DNA of 63,915 nucleotides, filler included, from Bigelowiella natans CCMP2755 (taxonomy: Eukaryota > Protista > Cercozoa): NCBI GenBank assembly GCA_000320545.1. It is 6 parts of 6 records of this genome, joined end to end, with 100 filler letters (N's around TTAATTAATTAA, not from the genome) between each part and the next. Parts side by side here need not be neighbours in the genome. Positions count along the whole stretch, not along the records: positions 26,766 to 56,182 come from ADNK01001150.1; 5 more parts are not named here. One strand, written 5' to 3'. Positions 38,112 through 51,444 of the stretch are shown here, one piece after another. The first letter of the stretch is position 1. Every line of letters starts with the position of its first letter. The notes under the pieces were generated by a model. The model saw only the letters and a list, made by a program, of their open reading frames with translations, searched no databases and was not told where the DNA came from. The position numbers were made by a program, and so were the translations under genes.

Positions 38112-38969
38112 TTATCCAATTGATGGACGCATGTGAACAACCCAGTAGGACTCCTCCACCAATGAAGATCCTTCTTTTTTACTGAGCATCTTCTTGACAT
38201 CGAAATCCCAGATCCCCGGGCCAACCTTCTGCAGCTCATTGAGGTCAAACGATACCGGAACTCGAAATGCAATGTGTTTGCAACCGTTCTCAACAGCAAG
38301 GCTGACAAGATGCTTGCCATCAATCCCAAAACTGCTCCACTTGAAACTGTGGGCTTGTTTGCTATAACTGACTCCGCCCCACGGAGGATCAAAGTGAATA
38401 GCATCAAACGTGCGACTTGTGTTTGCTAGGAAATTTTCCACATCACTGTGTACGAATTCAATGCGATTCTCGACTCCATAGAGTTTTGCATTGTGGCGAG
38501 CCTTCTCCAGCCTCTCCAAGCAGTTGTCGACAGTGACCACTGTTTTGCCGGCGCGCGCAAGACCTATTGCATTGCCCCCGACACCACAAAACGCGTCCAG
38601 TACGTAGGTTTTCCCATTCGGAATGTCAAAACCAAGCCGAAGTGCGTCGACCTCTGGGGCTACGGAATAGAGACCTTCTTTGTCCACAGCTATGCCGTGG
38701 TCGAACAGTTGGAAATAGGTATGCCTTTTCTTCCAATATTTTTCTACTTCTGGACCAAACGGGTTGGGGACATCAGAATTCGTCTCAACGGTTTGTTTCT
38801 CCTTTTCCTCTGCCCGCGATCTTAGACTACAAGCGACGCCATTGCAGCACCCAATGCTCCCCCACAACGCGAAAGCGCCCGTGGCTGTTTTGACGGACGG
38901 AGAAAACCGTCTTCTGCCGGCGGAAATTGCTCGCAGGAGACGGGCAGAAAAGTGTACAAACGTCGGCAT
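38112..38969 (-). CDS. TGS1: TGS1-like RNA cap guanine-N2 methyltransferase, intronless
   Basis: KYWKKRHTYFQLFDHGIAVDKEGLYSVAPE, VLDAFCGVGGNAIGLA, ARHNAKLYGVENRIEFVHSD, DAIHFDPPWGG. Confidence 0.88.
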   Translation of the reverse strand: MPTFVHFSARLLRAISAGRRRFSPSVKTATGAFALWGSIGCCNGVACSLRSRAEEKEKQTVETNSDVPNPFGPEVEKYWKKRHTYFQLFDHGIAVDKEGLYSVAPEVDALRLGFDIPNGKTYVLDAFCGVGGNAIGLARAGKTVVTVDNCLERLEKARHNAKLYGVENRIEFVHSDVENFLANTSRTFDAIHFDPPWGGVSYSKQAHSFKWSSFGIDGKHLVSLAVENGCKHIAFRVPVSFDLNELQKVGPGIWDFDVKKMLSKKEGSSLVEESYWVVHMRPSIG

Positions 38970-39049
38970 TCGATCGCTGTTTCTTGAGACGTATCGCTTA
39001 TGCGAAGTGAATCGCTTTCTTGTTACTGCGTGGGAATGAAGGTCCAGTC

Positions 39050-40650
39050 GTCCACATTCGGCTCAGCTTGAACTAAAAGAAAAGGAGGCGATTTTTCCCA
39101 AAAACGAATGTCATCTCACAAGTAGCGTAAGGAATCTCGCCACCAACCCTAGCCTAATGACGACATGATTACTACAATGATGAATGTGCGTTTGCACCAG
39201 TTTCTAGAAAACTGCGCTCACCTGCAGGGGGAACATTTGTTTTAGGGTATATCTAGTACAAACAGATCGAAACCCTTGTCGAACTATCAAAAAATCCTGG
39301 ATAATTTTCGCTTGTTCTGTGCGAACTCACACCCACTCTGCGCAAACAACATGGAAGTGACGTTGCCGATGGCAGTGAAGTCCAATCCAAAGCAGATGCC
39401 TCGTGGAGGCGGCTGCGGATGACAAGTGTTTGCAAAGCATGGGTGCAAGTGGCTTCCGCGGGGCAACTTCTGGAATTGGCCAAAGTGACAAAACGAATGG
39501 ATGCCATCAAGCCAACTGCGGTGAGCGTTGAACGCGTCAACAAGCACAATCACCGAATCATGCCCAAGGAACGTTCATGTTCCAGCTTGGGCATGGAGAA
39601 GGTGAGGAAATCTCTGTGTTGTCACGTGAATCTGCGAATGTTGAACTCCACCATGCACACACCTGAGGCCTTTTTGGACGGGTTGGTGAGTTCAGAGAGC
39701 ACCACCGAAAATCGTGTTGAAACGAACCGTTTGATCACAATTCTGCACGATCCCGTGGTGCCTGACCACGTGGACAAACCGCACTCCAAGAGATATGCAA
39801 AAAATGATCATGGAATTGTTGCCACTGCATGATGGCGTTTCCACATTGTCACCCTCCTCCTCCTCCTTCTTCTTCTTCTTCTTCTTCTGATGTGGCCGCT
39901 GTTGCCTTGCCGCAGTTGCATCAAAATGATCATCGTCATCATCGTCATCATCATTGTCATTGTCATTGTCACCAGTAGCAGCAGCCGCAGCAGTGGCAGC
40001 AGCCGCAGCAGCAGCAGCAGCCGCAGCAGTAGCAGCGGTAGCAGTAGCATCATCATCATCATCATCATCCTGACAGCTACTGCTCCCATTGGTGGTGCTA
40101 GCATGATCTGATGATGAGTCGTGCCCAGCACCATTCTCATTCAGCACATGTGGTGCAGCACACATGTGATGTTGCATGTCCATGATTGAAATGATGACAA
40201 ATTGCAGTGGAGGACAATCAAAACTCAAGGGATCCAGACAAAGTGATGTCAGGTTGATGACAAGTCAGCACGCGTACGTGCGTGCAAGTTGTAAATGCAC
40301 ATCATGTGAGCAGCACAATGTGCACACATTGCATGCTAGCATGGCACAACACCCAAAAATGCAATGACACATTGTGTCCATTGATCGACATGCAACTAGT
40401 GTGCACTAGTGCATGTAGGTCAAAGAAATGCAGGGAAATAATGAATAAATTAATGTGCCATCATCACAACCTACTGACTGACACCGCGCTCGCTTGTTGT
40501 GCAGAGCAGAGCTAGAGTGCTGAAACGTGATTTGCATGTCTATGCGCTGGCGTAGCTCTGCTAGAGCTGCACATGTTAGCACACACACACACACACACAC
40601 ACGTCTGCTCAAAGCAGTGCACATTAGCAATGAGTATCACAAAGCAAAGG
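39050..40650. other. TpA-depleted tract spanning the hAT relic and trinucleotide repeats
   Basis: TA is scarce apart from CTAG/GTAG; CATG/TGCA-rich. Confidence 0.7.
39250..39830 (+). mobile_element. hAT transposase relic (C-terminal dimerisation region)
   Basis: AW.......ELAKVTKRMDAIKPTAVSVERVNKHNHRIMPKERSCSSLGMEKVRKSLCCHVNLRML matches the hAT pattern W...L.K.A.R...I.PTS.S.ER......I....R..L....V.KL.Y...NLR. Upstream frames are broken and no TIRs were identified. Confidence 0.7.
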
Positions 40651-40733
40651 ATACATCATACCACAAGATGCAGGTAGTAGGTTTACAATGCCTATTTTTT
40701 TTAAATTTTGTGTTCGCGATCTCTAGATTTTTG

Positions 40734-42050
40734 TTACACTGTACTGGCGTCATCTTTGATCGTTGCAATTTTGTGATTATCTTCTACTCGTTGACACGCA
40801 GCTGCGTAGTCATCAGAAAACTTCACAATTTCTTGAATGATCGGAGACACACGGTGTATCACAGTATGGCATAAAAAATGGAGTAGCCCTCCCAGTAACA
40901 TCGGGCAATCGTACCTAACGACATCCCCAAAAAGCACCAAACGATTCGAAGCCGTAGGATTTACAACTCCATGCGTGAAGGTATCATCAAACAAGAGGTC
41001 ACTGCCGTTGAACCATCCCAATCTTATCCTACTGTTTTCGTTGTCACCTCCGTCGTGATTGTCGTGTTTCTCAAGTAGACTGCCATCAGGACCGCACGTT
41101 GTGTTCTTGATAAAAAGGGATGGCTGTCCTCTATGATGATCTTTTCTTGGCAAGATGGGGCGGTCTTCATTGTTGGTGTTATTATTTCTAAACTCCTCTC
41201 TACTTTTGCTGCCGCCTCTCATCCCGCGCCCATCCTTCCCTCCCGCCGGAATCTGAATCCCAACGTGATACCGGAGTATACCGTTAAAATACCCTTCATG
41301 CCATCGCACGCCATGGCGCGGTTGCAGCAACGATAACATAGCCGTTGACAAGGGTGTCTTCCGTATGGCAGCCATTGTACGCGGGAAGAAGCGCCTACCC
41401 ATTTCCGTTTCTTTACCCCACGCTTTTAGCCAAATAGCGTTCCAAACGCTGGATATGTTGGACCTTGTTCGCTCCTTACTGTAGTCATCGTCTCCTGGGT
41501 CAGTGTAGTGCTTATATTCGTGAAAGTAAGGAAACTTGTGCCCACGTTGGAGAAAGTCTTCATATTCTTCTTGCATCACGATGTACTGTCCTCGTAGCTC
41601 CCGCATCCATTCAAACTAGAAAGTGGTGAGTTCATGGCGCAACACATCTTTGGTTAGTTATACCTTGAAATGTATTTGTTTGAGTGCTATTTGGTGTCGA
41701 AGCCACGTGTGATACAGAACATCGAATTGACTACTATGAAGCTCAAGTATATATTTGCGTAATGGCTACGCACATCAATTATCAAAAAATTATAACATCA
41801 CCTCTTCTGTGTTGTGGACTGGGTGGCAGCCGCGCTCGCATTTCCTTCGTATAAATCTATTAAACTCATTGGTGAAATCTGTGAGCTTTGCTTGGCTGCT
41901 ATGACTGTTGAGAAGGCTCCCAATAGCACGAAAGCCGAATACCAAGGTATCCAGCTCTCTTGTGATATTTTCGCCGCCTAGGAATGTGGCGAACAGAATG
42001 GGAACCACAATCCAAATAGTAGCTCGAAGCAAGATGTTTCTATTCAGCAT
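40734..42050 (-). CDS. Membrane-anchored aspartyl/asparaginyl beta-hydroxylase family (Fe/2OG) protein
   Basis: Exon 1 has a TM segment (ATIWIVVPILFATFLG); intron about 41616-41801. Exon 2 has AMLSLLQPRHGVRWHEGYFNGILRYHVGIQIP...WFNGSDLLFDDTFTHGVVNPTASNRLVLFGDVVR. Confidence 0.9.
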
Positions 42051-42459
42051 CGACGATATTTCTACGCGCCGCTGTTGGAGCTTTGCATGAAAATGTACCA
42101 CCACAGCCTCCTAGCGTCTCACATTAAGGTCTTACACATCTTCTGTTTTGTACGTGCGAGGTAAGGTCATAGTACAAGATAGTCGCAAGCGGTGGCTCTC
42201 CCTCCCATCCTTCCGGAAGAGAAAGCTGGTTGTGGAGCTTACCAAGAGGTGTTGACACAAAAACACGGGCGTTTTTACTCTATATCTAAGTATGATTTTT
42301 ATGTAGTCGTTCCAATGAAATGCAGTCTCATTTCTCCGTCTTCTTCTATCCCGGGCAAATCCCAATGTTTACAACGTGTGCGACATATATATTATCATGT
42401 CGCACCATGAAAACCCAATGATCAACCTGGGATTTGTCTCGGGATAATAAATAGCCCAG

Positions 42460-43994
42460 CAGTGCTCGCTCTCCCCGAAGCCGTCCTACTGCGCCAGAGA
42501 GGCCTGGGCGGTCTGAAGAGGGGAGAAAAGGGGGCCATTGTTATGAATGACGATACAAGAGTCATTCGACTTCCGTTTGGAACCGCCTACATCCCGAAGA
42601 AAAAGGGGGGGGTTGCGGGGGAAGAGCATTGCGACGACTACGTGGAACACAGACGAGGAGGCAAAAGCTGCTGCACATGCGCGCACGGCCTCTCAGTCCT
42701 TATAGACTTTGCGACTGCTATAATGGTAATTGCTCATTATCTTGCATGATGACTCCCCCGTTTGCATGCTCTTTCGATTTTAATTCGCAGAGCTACTGAT
42801 CGGCCATAGCATAGCAGTCCGCACGCGTTCCTCGTCGAGAGGGTGGGGAAGATGGGTCGAAGGATATCCTTGGTCGAGGGAGTGGGAAAATGAATAGGAA
42901 GGGCAGACAACACATGTTGCATGGCGGAATAAACTTGTACGAATCCCGACTTGGGATATATTCGAATAATTTCTCTTGCAGCGCAGCGTCTGATTCTCAA
43001 TCGTCCCTTATCACCCCGTCATCATCGTCATCATCGTCGTCCTTCTCTTCCTCTTCCTCCTCCTCCTCCTCCTCAACATCATCTATGGTATCCACATGAC
43101 AGGTAGTTGCTGTCGCATTGACTATGGCACAAAACACTGAGTTTCAGACTGTCAGCTCCAAGGCATATTGGAGAATTCAAGAGGCGATAAATACACACCT
43201 CTGGTTGTTTCCTCGCCCCCCCCCCCCTCCCTAACTCTGATACGTTTAAAATAAAATAACAGCGATTCATTCATTCACAACTGAAGTCCCGTTTATTATT
43301 CTGTTTCATGCTTTAACGAAATTGCTATATTCTCTCGCATCATAATGTTCAGGAACGCTACGGTTGCTTCAGAGCCAGGGACCCCCCCCCCCTCCGTCCT
43401 GGAGAAAGATCGTGTGATCATAGCATCGGCTCTGTTTAGCCCCGAAATCATTGGAGGTAACAGTGGTCAATCCACGGCGGCGCATGTACAAAACACACAT
43501 GCGCCTCATATCTAATGTACACGTACTCACATACAATAAAAAACAAAAAATCATATTTTGGAAACACATATGCTGTATGCTGTCTGATAGTTGTGGATTA
43601 GTGTGAAGCCATACAATCTACCGAAACATACAATACGCGTCCACCCCTCTGCAGCATCGAATTTCAGTCAGAGCTATCAGTTGGCGTCGCCGCCATTATT
43701 TGAGCTGAGAGGAGAGCCTCTACGGGAAGCTGTGGTACTTTCTTCCCCGACTTCTCACTATCTGCTAATCCTGGAACTGCCTTTCACGCTGATGCTGCAT
43801 CATCATCATCTCCACACAGGCAACTCAGCACATCAAGAAAGGAGAGAATATAGTTGAGCTACCGATAACTGCGCTCTATGGTGGGATGTTAGAAAGGACA
43901 TATTTTCACTCACATTTCGGCTTATTTTCACCACATCGAATCAACATGCGCGTGACGTTCATACACGTCAGTGCCTGTCCTACTTCTTCATCTT

Positions 43995-44035
<41 letters not shown>

Positions 44036-44314
44036 TTCAGGTTATCGAAATGTGAGTGCTGATATCCAAAAAGCTACCAAAATCCTCCTCAACGAAGGCC
44101 ATGTATGCATCTTCCAATCGGCATATAGCTAGTTATTAGGAGGAAGATATATGCAGAGTAGCAGTCTCAGAGATTTTAAGTATTATTCACATACCGAATT
44201 ACGCAATATTTCACTAACGGAGAAGTCAACGGTGCTTTGCCGTGAAGCACAGAAAAAAATGCATTTTAGTCGCTTTCTCTCTCTCCCGCCCTCTCTCTCT
44301 GCATATACATATAC

Positions 44315-44357
<43 letters not shown>

Positions 44358-44692
44358 GATATTGTGCACATCAGGTTGATAAGATACTTCCTCACGAATT
44401 GCTTGCTCTTGGTGTGCCGCCGTTTGCTAGAAATATGCTAAATCATCCCATGTACATGAAAGAAGCCAGAAGCCACCAAAACATGTATTTCTGTACAGAG
44501 CATTGCGGATAAGACCATAAATCACAATCGAGGATGGCGATAATAATGATAATAATGATAATAATGATTAAAATAATAATACGGTTGCTATGTGGTCAAT
44601 CCCCCCCCCCCCTCCTCTTCCCCCTCAGGAATACTACATCAAACCCGAAAACCAAGCAGCGCCTTCATGGCAGCGTAACAATCTCTTTCTCA

Positions 44693-44727
<35 letters not shown>

Positions 44728-45333
44728 CATGCATGCATGCATGCATATATACACACACGTGTGCAATGGAAGTAATGGCGCGTCGCTAGCTACAATTCAT
44801 AACAGCATTTTGAGCAGCTGCAGCTGTGTTTCTTCAACGTCAATTCTTGTCGCGAAATCACGCTGATTGGCGTGCTGCCGGACAAGAAACGACGTCTAAA
44901 TGCTTCATGGGAACATCTCCACTTGCTACGAATGGTGATTTCTTGCAGATATGTGTATGAGCTTCCTGAAGAAGGACTTGGCTTTGCCGCATTTGATGAC
45001 CAGCAGCGAGAGGTATTTACATGTACACAGCAATGGCTTCACCATCGTCGAGAAAACCGTCCCATGTTTTTCGATGATGCTACTTCTTTGGGTGGGTAGG
45101 AGGGGGTATTTAGTGACGAATTCGCATTGCAAAGATTCGTCTGTCTGTCCTCATCTTGCTGCCTAGCGTATAATGCCGCCTCTTTGCTGCTGTTGTAGCT
45201 GTACGACTCCGTCGGACATTTGAGGAATCTGAAGTAAATCAATGATCTTATGCATGAGCACTTATGGGGCCAGGGGAGAGGGGGGGGGGAGGGAAGAGGA
45301 AGAGAGAGAAAGAGAGAGAGAGAGGGAGAGAGG

Positions 45334-45383
<50 letters not shown>

Positions 45384-45863
45384 ACGCTGCGCACAAACGC
45401 ATGAATACAAACCCCGCAGTTTATGAATCACTTTGTAAGCCGTCTATTACTCTCATATCCTCTTTAGACTGGGCACGAATCAACAGCGTTTTCTACAATT
45501 GGTACGCCACCGACGATAGTTGCGAGTCTAGCACAGGAAGGCATAGACAGTTCTTTCTTCGCGATAACAAATGCCTATATGAAAGGTGGAGCGAGTGCAG
45601 AGGCGCTTTCCATCCCTCTTCGGCGAGGACATGGTCGTGACGAGAGAGGAGGTGATCACAGTGCCAAACGCATAGTAATGGTGCTTAAAGCATGAACGTG
45701 AGCGGTGGTAGGATAAGAGTAAGGTTGTCATTGGCAGAGAGGGTGCGACCGGGTGATGATGATGATCCACGCCGATTTTTTGTCTATTCTTAACGCATCG
45801 AAGCAGCATTGTATGCATACATGTCGTGCTTAAAACACCTCTCTCTACATCTCTCTCTCTACA

Positions 45864-45920
<57 letters not shown>

Positions 45921-46542
45921 CTGTCTCACACGTATACTTACGCACATATGCTCAATCTGTGTGCGCGCAACAAGCTGCTCCTTGATGGTTCCTTAAGTTT
46001 ACTCTTTATGATGCCAAATAGGCGCTATGGGCGCAATTCGTCGTAACATCGCGGTAGTAGTCCTCTGCTCCCTCCCCTTTCCTATTATCGTCACTTCCAC
46101 AACCCCGCACACCACGGAGAGAGCATCAATTGCAGCCGACGAACAACGCCTGAACGCGCACAAACCGAAATGCATCTTGAGATCTGGGGGTTAACCCGTC
46201 GGAATGTAGGTATTTTGACCTCGGGGAAGACCCATTCGTACGAGATGGTGCCAGTGGCGGCCACCTGGATTTTCAGTATCATTCTTCATACCTTATTCCC
46301 TACATCGATATGCTCAATCATCACTGGAATAGCACGGTAGCAATCACAAATGGGGGAGAGAGGAGCAGGCTGTGTGCTAGGCCCTTTGGTGGTACTGTGC
46401 GTGCGTTACTTGTTTTTATGCTGGTTCTCTCGTCGCCTTGTGCGGAGATGCGAGGTGAGCAATGATTGTTCCACGCAGATGGTTAATGTAGAGAAACAGC
46501 TCAAAGATGGAAAGTGCTTCCTAAAGGCATGTTGAATAATAC

Positions 46543-46582
<40 letters not shown>

Positions 46583-46621
46583 TTCCAAATCGTCCCATGC
46601 ACATTAACACATGCGTCCATA

Positions 46622-46656
<35 letters not shown>

Positions 46657-47070
46657 TTACATCATCTCGATGTCGCATGTGATTATTATCGATTTTGTAC
46701 ATAAGCCTCATAAAACGTGCATGAGTGCCACGGAGAACAAAGCCCTTTCAGTGGTGTTGGTTGGAGTGGCCTTCTGTCCAAACACTTGCACGATGCGAAA
46801 GCATCATCTCCACTGCAGCATGTTTCTACTCGTTATACTGATGCTAGCACATGGTGCCACTAAACACACACACACACACACACACAGACACACACGCATA
46901 CACATAAATATGAATAAATAAATAAATATATATATATGTAATATGTACGATGTAGGCAACAAAGAGCATTAATCAAGGAGAGGCACTGCGGCTATCGTAC
47001 GGAAATTGGTTGTTCGTCGCCCACTCACATTCAAGCAAGAACACGCACGCGCACGCGTACACTCTCTCTT

Positions 47071-47119
<49 letters not shown>

Positions 47120-47478
47120 TTCACACACAAACACACATACACTTAAGAGAGACTATTCTTAAGTCTTTGATTTCAGGTCCAATCTCGAGCTTCTTGCTGT
47201 GTACGGGTTTTCAATTCCAGACAATCGGAATGGTAGTAGATACATCCCGCTCTTATCAACTCCCTAGCCCTCCTCTCTGCCCCCCCTCCCTAATTCTCTT
47301 CTTCGCGTGGACGTGAATATTATGCGTATCATTCAAAGGGCCAAAGCTGTGGGGCATAAAATCGCGCTCTTTCCCCGAACTATCATGCGACTTGCAGCTC
47401 TCGAGCCTTGAGGTTAAGCTGTGCGGCCTTTAACTGCAAAATGGTGTGCGCGTGTGTGCAGTTATGTGTGCGTATGAG

Positions 47479-47511
<33 letters not shown>

Positions 47512-48517
47512 CTGTATTTGTGTGCGTACGTGCTAAAAATATAACTTAAAGCAGTAGGTTATTGGCACATTGTCTCACATGAAAACATATCACGTATATG
47601 CATGTATGCACAATGATAGGACTCATACCGCACTGGATATGTGTCTGAAAAGTCTTTGCAATGCATTCGAAAGCTTGCATATACCACGGTACGGTGGTAG
47701 TAGTAGTACTAGTAGTACTAGCAGCTGCATACACTGCTTTGGTGCACAAAATGAGTAGTCAGTATACGACGGCCAATAACAAAACTGCGAAATTCTGATA
47801 AAGACTTTGCCGTGGAGATCTTTTATCTTATTAGAAGGCGTATTTCCGTGAGGCCGGCGTCTGAAATATCGACTTTCTAAACTTCTCGCCGTCTGTATGC
47901 GCGTGTGTGCTTGTGTGCTCGTGTGCGTGGATATGATCATAGGAGACGTATCACCATGCTGCAGCTGCAGGGCACATGCTCCGCTTACCCGGAATACTGG
48001 TCTTATACACTATTATGACTTGTTGCGGATATTACGTGGGGGAGGAGGGGGGGGGGGGGGGGATGCAGGGTAGGGTTCCTACGCACATTACCGTTTTGTG
48101 CGTGCATATTCTCATCAAAAGACATCTGTAATTCAGGAAGAAGTACCTCGTACCGTTCATCATGACGTCGCTGTTTGGCTAGCCAGGGATATAGCCGGCT
48201 ACGGATACGTGAAGGTCTTGGATCGATTCTTATCAACACCAGCACGTGGAAAAAACCAGATTGATCCAAAGCTCTATTTGTTTGACTTTTGTTCGTATAT
48301 GCAAATGCAGCTATCCTGCTGTAACACGAATGAATGTGTGTTATGATTCCTAGGATTTCTGCGAAGCGATGGAGAAAGAGCTCAAAACGCACGCTGTTTT
48401 GGCTACGATTATTCAGCTTGAATCGCGTCCTTCCTCGGATACGCTTTCTCATCAGGTGTTAGTGCTGCCTACATGCATGATGAAAGATTAAGATATTCAC
48501 CCTACCCTAAAAGCGAT

Positions 48518-48565
<48 letters not shown>

Positions 48566-49144
48566 TGTGTGTGTGTGTATGTGTGTGTATAATGCTCATA
48601 TGTATTGATGGTATGCTCAGTAATCTGATGCACTTTCAGACAAATATGATTGTTGGAGACTTATATCTTACCATTAGCGTTGTTTCTCTTTCCCTCTCTT
48701 CCACCCCTTCCCCCTCCCCCCCTTTCTCTTTCCCCCAAAAGTATTACGCAGCATACATCACACGTAGATATAACATGATAAATAATCTCCAACTATGCTC
48801 AGCTGGTGAACGGGTGGCTATCACACCTAGAGCTTAGTGAAAAGTGCGCCTCGTGGTGGAAGGACACGTTGAGAGGGGTACGAGCATAGTTTGAGGTTTT
48901 CGCACTGACAGAAGTCGATGTGACACCCACGAGTGAGCTATTGCTCCCATTTTAATGAAACGGTCCTTGTGGGGAAAGAGAAAGGGTCCTCCTCATGATA
49001 AGACTTGGCATCTGCTATCTCTTATTCTCACATCATTCTGTGATAGAACGTAAGCGTTTCATGGGAATCGCCCGTGCATATCTAAAGCACCAGCGAACAT
49101 CATCGAAACCATTTTGACGTAGATATCACACAGCACACACACAA

Positions 49145-49194
<50 letters not shown>

Positions 49195-49640
49195 CATATA
49201 ACTCTCAAATTCAGCTCCAGACTGTGTACACCGACCTTCATATTTCCCAAGACCCGAAATTGCGGCCACGCCCTTCCATTCTACGCAAAGCATCGAGCAG
49301 CGATAACAACAAAAAGCAGAAGCAGAAGCTGCAACTAAAGCGAGTTGGTGTTGGACATGAAGGCTCTCAGAACCCCAGCCATAAGGAAATAGATAACGGG
49401 GGACAACCGAAGACAAACAATAGACAACGAAAACGACGGCAGCGCAAATCGAAGTCAAAAGATACAGGCATAGGTAGCGATGAGAGCAACCGGAAACGTA
49501 AAAGTCGCCACAAACGTGAGCCCAAAGTTACATTCCTGAATGATCTAGACGAGGGCGATAGTAAGAAGAAAGCTGGTAGGAGCGATGCCATTGAGCAAAT
49601 AGAGCAGCAGCAAGGGGTCATCCGGAGACTTTCAACGTAG
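42460..49640 (+). CDS. SET-domain lysine methyltransferase, Rubisco-LSMT/SETD3-SETD6-like (boundaries approximate, many short exons)
   Basis: Core exons about 46025-47230: WAQFVVTSR, LFPYIDMLNHH, ATKSINQGEALRLSYG, SNLELLAVYGFSIPDN. Basic low-complexity last exon ends at 49640. Linking the flanking exons to the core is inferred. Confidence 0.75.
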
Positions 49641-50673
49641 GCGGCTGTCTAAGCTGTGAAGCGCTTTTGATGCACCGAAGCTCCTCAGTTTGCAATCACG
49701 TGTAGTGTGCTAGTCTGGGCTAGTTGTGATTATGACACATCAACGCTCACTAGCTCATCCTAATGCAAATTTATCTAGCTAGCGATCATGAGCGCGGAAG
49801 ATGGACGACATTGTAATGCTTACGCACACAACTAGACAATAAGCACCATAATGTGCGCAAGCGTGCACAGATGACAAGAAAATGCAGGCACTTTACTAGA
49901 TGTTTTTGAGGCTGCAATAAGGTTTCATCGTTGACACTTGAAGCCGTTTGCAATGACCGTGCATTGTGTTTGAATGCCTAGATGTGCTTGATGTGGCATC
50001 ATCCAACAGGATGTGGCTCAATGACTTGCGGACGCAAGCTAGGCCTGAGTCATGACACGCATGCTGATGGCCATTTATTTTGTTGATTGCAAAATTCAAT
50101 TCAGGCTATAGTGTGTTACAATTACTGTTACAACGTCCACCATTGCCACATACATACGCGGCACTCGCTAGCGTGCTCGGAAGCATTTATTGATGTTAGG
50201 TTTAGTCGCTTGCCTACGTCTATGCTATATGTATTTTGACAAAGCAGAACCCAGTATTTATTGGTATCAAAAGCAGCTGCTCAACAATGTTAAAGTGATA
50301 AGTAACTTATAAGCAACAAGAACGAGGATATATTTTTCTCTAATCCCACATATTTTCGGAATGGAACACAATGAAAACATTGAAGATACATATATAAAAT
50401 AAACCAAAAGATAAGTCTCTTAATTGCAAATTCATGCTGAAAAAAGTATTTGTAAGTAATTTGAATAACAATATCTCTCTAAGGTCACTTCTCCCCACCA
50501 CGCTGAGCATGGTTCAGACTACCCCTCTTTACATTTAGTCGCGTGTTTACATTCGTCGTTATTCATTGCTGTACTATCTCAGTGCTGCGGTAAAACCCTC
50601 CTCCATCCACCCCCCCCCGCCCCTTTTCTTAGTCCAAATAAACAGTGAAGCATGTGGATTTAGCTCCACACAA

Positions 50674-50732
<59 letters not shown>

Positions 50733-51083
50733 ACACTATACAAAACATCCTTGGCTTTTCCCCTACAAAATAGTTGCTTTCCGCTTATACAAATGCCTTC
50801 ACACGTCGATGCCGTTCAGATCCTCACACCCTTTTCCCCCCCTTCTTCTACAAGTATCAAACGAAGGTACGATTCAGCCGCCTCAAGCAGCTGCGAGGTT
50901 GCCAGTCCTTAACAGCTCCTCTCTTTCTATGAACGTCGTCCTGTAAACATGCCACTGCTGTAGCTGCAATGCCTTCGATGGTCTAGATGAGCATTTTCTC
51001 GCAATCGTCACTATTGCTGCCGATTCCTCTCCCAGCAGCAAGCTTCTAGTTGTTTTCAACGCCGCTCTTTGAGCTGCTGCTCT

Positions 51084-51410
51084 CTATATGCAAAGGCGCG
51101 ACATGACCAGTCCGTAGCGTCCCTGCTGGTTTTCGTTGATTCGAGACGGTGATCTATCCTAAGGAACAGTTAGTAATGTCATCATCACCATCATGATTCT
51201 CGCATGTATGCGCGTGTATTTATTGTAACTTGATCTCGCGCACGGCAAGACTTGGACTGTTTAACTACTACTACTTTATGCTAATTCTACAAATGACGAA
51301 TCTATCGAGGCATAAGATATGGGTCATGATGAAAATGGTGGGAAATATGATGATGCTAGTAATGATGATGATGATAATAATGGAGATGATAGTAATGATA
51401 ATGATCACAT

Positions 51411-51444
<34 letters not shown>

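Noticed and set aside
39692-40228. 178-aa poly-Asp/Ala/Lys ORF on the minus strand
   Set aside because: Trinucleotide repeats within a stop-depleted tract; at best a decayed gene fragment.
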